64,000 bases of DNA from Histomonas meleagridis 2922-C6/04-290x (lineage: Eukaryota; Protista; Parabasalia): contig JAANOX010000032.1 of assembly GCA_020184695.1 (NCBI GenBank), forward strand, positions 1 through 64,000, in the 5' to 3' direction. The translations under genes were made by a program, and so were the position numbers. Under the pieces are notes generated by a model. It ran no database searches. It saw only the letters and a program-made list of their open reading frames with translations, and was not told the DNA's origin. Of this stretch, positions 62,070 to 64,000 are shown in pieces. Each line of letters begins with the position of its first letter. The first letter of the stretch is position 1.

Positions 62070-63356
62070 ATGAAAAATGAGCAGAAGGAAAACACGGAAC
62101 GATCCATAAATATAAAGAATCAACATAAACTTCTTCAATTAGAACAAATTATATTTGATATAGATGAAGGAAATGTTGAAACATCTGTTCAATTAACCAA
62201 TGAATTATTCAATTATGATTTTCCTGAATCTTTTAATCTTGTAATATGTCGTTTAATATATTATGCATATATATCAAAAAAGAAAAATCAATATTTATAT
62301 TTTGATTTTTTGAAAAAAATTGAATTAAATAAAGAAGCAGTTACAAATTCTCGCAAACCTATTGACACCTTTCATCGGTTTCTAATTGATATTAACTCAG
62401 AAGAAGCGAATTATTTAATAGAAAGAATGATAGACCAAAATATAATTGGAACCAATTTAGTAAAAGAAAAGGAAACATTTTATTTTGCACACAGGATATC
62501 TCCAAATATTTTAAATCATTTGATGGAATGTTACATAGATCCGTTCAAACAAGAATTCGTATCAAATTATAAAGCTCTCTCTGAAAATAATTGGGAACTT
62601 CATAAACAATTCATTAAAGAAGGAGTTAATCCAAATGCAATTGCAAAAATAATTCGAAATGATGAAATCGAAAAACTTCAAGAAACAACATCACAAACAA
62701 ATTTTAATTTTAATCAAATAATTGAACCATCACTTTACGAAAGATATTCATTTATTAACAAACCAAATGTTACATTAATTGATTATGCAGCATTTTTTGG
62801 AGCAATTAAATGTTTTAAATATTTAATGTTAAATGGTTCTGTTATTCATAATGCAGTAAAATATGCAATTGCAGGTGGAAACATTGAAATATTTCATTTA
62901 TGTGAGCAAAATAATTCATCATTTGAAGACGCATATAAAACAGCAATTAAATTTCATCGAAATGATATTTTTAAATATATTTATGAAAATAAAATTATCA
63001 AGATTAATAATATTGAAGAATTAGGAAAATTGTGTATCAAATATTCTAATTATGAAATTCTTTCGATCTTAGAAGAAGAAGGAATGAAAAGTAATGAATC
63101 AATTATTTGCGAATCCTCAAGAGTAGGGAATTTATTCCTTGTAAAACATTTTCTTGAAGGAAATAATGTTTCTAAGGATATATTAATTGAATCTATTAAT
63201 TCAGGTAATGTTGAACTTGTTTATTTTTTTCTTAAATTCAATTCTATTAATATTAATACTAAAAATATATCTTTAAAATGTTTCTTGTTAATTTCAATAA
63301 TTTGTAGTTTGTTATCTTTTTTTGGAATTTATTTGTTTTTTCTCGAACACCATTAA
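62070..63356 (+). CDS. Parabasalid DUF3447/ankyrin-type protein; the annotated ORF runs into the first spacer and the gene probably continues beyond 64,000
   Basis: IIRNDEIEKLQE...SLYER...TLIDYAAFFGAIKCFKYLMLN...AIAGGNIEIFHLCEQ...AIKFHRNDIFKY is the trichomonad DUF3447 pattern, and ankyrin-like repeats follow. The hydrophobic ORF tail is translated spacer. Confidence 0.8.
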   Translation: MKNEQKENTERSINIKNQHKLLQLEQIIFDIDEGNVETSVQLTNELFNYDFPESFNLVICRLIYYAYISKKKNQYLYFDFLKKIELNKEAVTNSRKPIDTFHRFLIDINSEEANYLIERMIDQNIIGTNLVKEKETFYFAHRISPNILNHLMECYIDPFKQEFVSNYKALSENNWELHKQFIKEGVNPNAIAKIIRNDEIEKLQETTSQTNFNFNQIIEPSLYERYSFINKPNVTLIDYAAFFGAIKCFKYLMLNGSVIHNAVKYAIAGGNIEIFHLCEQNNSSFEDAYKTAIKFHRNDIFKYIYENKIIKINNIEELGKLCIKYSNYEILSILEEEGMKSNESIICESSRVGNLFLVKHFLEGNNVSKDILIESINSGNVELVYFFLKFNSININTKNISLKCFLLISIICSLLSFFGIYLFFLEHH

Positions 63357-64000
63357 TAATTGCTTGTGCAATTAATTATCATGAAATAGTCAAATTACTT
63401 CTTGATCAAGAAAATATTGATATTAATGCAAAAGATGTTTTTTGATTTTTTTCTACTGTTTGTTTATAATATTTTTAGTTCAATTTTAAATTTTGGAATT
63501 CATTATTTTTATTTTTTACAGCACTTATGTATTCATGTTCAAGAGGAAGAGTAAAAACAGTTAAATTGCTTCTTGAACAAGATGAAATCGAAATAAATTC
63601 TCAAAGTATTTATTCAAGAAATTTAATATTTATTTCATTAATTTCATATATGAATTTAAAATTTGGAATTTCTTTAAAGTATTGCACACAGCATTAATGT
63701 ATTCATGTAAGAATGGTTACTTTGAAATTGTTAAATTATTACTTGAACATGAAGATATTGATATTAATATTAAAACTGTTTTTTATATTTTGCATCATAT
63801 ATATAAATAATGATTTGATGTTTCATTTTTATATTTGGATTTTTCTTGAAATAATTATAACTGCTTTAATATATGCATGTTTAAATGGTAATCTGGAAAT
63901 TGTAAAATTATTATTAAATAGAAAAGATATCGAAATAGATGCAAAAGATGTTTTTTGGTTAAATAAAATGTTTATTTAAAATATTTTCTGTTCCATTTAT
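63267..64000 (+). other. Array of 90-nt ankyrin cores separated by 80-82 nt non-coding spacers
   Basis: Cores 63347-63436, 63518-63607, 63688-63777 and 63860-63949 are each exactly 30 stop-free codons (e.g. TALMYSCKNGYFEIVKLLLEHEDIDINIKT). Spacers are 80, 81, 80 and 82 nt, and a fifth starts at 63950. Confidence 0.9.

Noticed and set aside
63437-63691. Canonical GT-AG introns in the ankyrin spacers
   Set aside because: GT(63437)-AG(63521) splices out of frame. GT(63606)-AG(63691) is in frame but deletes conserved ankyrin residues. The other two acceptors (ACA CCA, ACT GCT) have no AG, and there is no ACTAAC branch motif.

Overview
AT-rich eukaryotic DNA, most likely a parabasalid protist (Tritrichomonas/Trichomonas-like). 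This is inferred from compact intronless genes, TCA(Y)T initiator motifs, an IBD-domain gene and a DUF3447-type ankyrin gene. The window has two very different parts. (1) Bases 1 to ~38,725 form one giant, almost spacer-free inverted duplication with its apex at ~19,730. Both arms are full of indels between two mirror-image 33-bp minisatellite arrays (4.4-6.5 kb and 32.3-34.2 kb). This most likely reflects an unpolished fold-back long read rather than biology. Comparing the arms still reveals ankyrin, HMG-box, Rab, FG-nucleoporin-like and possibly BspA-like genes. (2) Bases ~35,100-64,000 are clean and gene-dense. They hold an Ariadne-type RBR E3 ligase, an AIR9-like LRR/A9 protein, a coiled-coil protein, a divergent PMT-like membrane protein, Vps28, a 4-TM protein, a Rag-like GTPase and an EF-hand protein. 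A 7-kb gene-poor stretch follows, with a perfect (AAT)475 tract and a defective pogo/Tc1-mariner-like transposon. After it come an IBD protein, a SAPS-like protein, PPWD1 head-to-head with the primase small subunit, and an ankyrin gene. The most intriguing signal is at the right end. Intact 30-codon ankyrin cores are each separated by an 80-82 nt frame-breaking spacer. These spacers do not fit GT-AG splicing and carry a TTTGGA(A/T)TT motif at an invariant distance from the next core.
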